DNA of 64,000 nucleotides from Squalus acanthias. Its lineage: Eukaryota. How positions within the stretch are numbered: position 1 is the first letter of the stretch; each line of letters starts with the position of its first letter. The position numbers and the translations under genes were made by a program. The stretch is taken from contig CM059433.1 in the NCBI GenBank assembly GCA_030390025.1, positions 18,788,001 to 18,852,000 of the forward strand. The letters are read 5' to 3'. Positions 63,694 to 64,000 of the stretch are shown piece after piece. Under the pieces are notes generated by a model, which was not told the DNA's origin, made no database searches, and saw nothing but the letters and a program-made list of their open reading frames with translations.

Positions 63694-64000
63694 TATTTTA
63701 AAAAAGTGATGGCCAGAGATGTCAATCCAGCTCTGGAGAGCAGGAAAGTGTAGGAAGTGAGGCAGAGCTTAGTATTACTGCAGGCCAGTTCACTGACATG
63801 GTAAGTTATGGTTTTATACGGAGTCAAGAACTGGATGCAAAGTGTTGTTCTTTTGTGTGTAGCCAGCCTCTGAATTTTGAAGTTAGAAAGAGAAAATTAC
63901 AATTCAAGTTTTAAAAATTGTGAGCTTTGTACCCTTGTGTAATTGAAGGTGCAGCAAACTGTTTAAAAGCCTCAGTGTTAGTTAGCGGAGGGGTTTTTAA

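Overview
Repeat-dense vertebrate genomic DNA. The repeat repertoire (CR1 with SGNH-esterase ORF1, Deu-domain tRNA SINE, Penelope, RTE, L2, Harbinger/MITEs) suggests a cartilaginous fish; that assignment is inference. Most ORFs in the track are transposon fragments, antisense shadows or satellite artefacts. Main content: (1) a phase-compatible chain of candidate minus-strand exons (52776 down to 64) from a gene I cannot name, which would make most of the window intronic; (2) a 6.9-kb CpG-rich, G-tract minisatellite (8788-15690); (3) a 5'-truncated Penelope element with an uninterrupted RT+GIY-YIG frame, plus three non-autonomous derivatives, all with 13-14 bp target-site duplications (TSDs) and minimal hammerhead-ribozyme motifs, including a 91-bp ribozyme-only insertion and an ~800-bp foldback palindrome; (4) a second, more decayed hammerhead-bearing short repeat family; (5) a clean 218-bp solo LTR, several MITEs with 3-bp TSDs, a decayed Harbinger transposase, and LINEs with internal inversions and nested insertions. 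No CRISPR array, rRNA or true tRNA gene was seen. All analysis is by eye; repeat boundaries are approximate unless a TSD is given.
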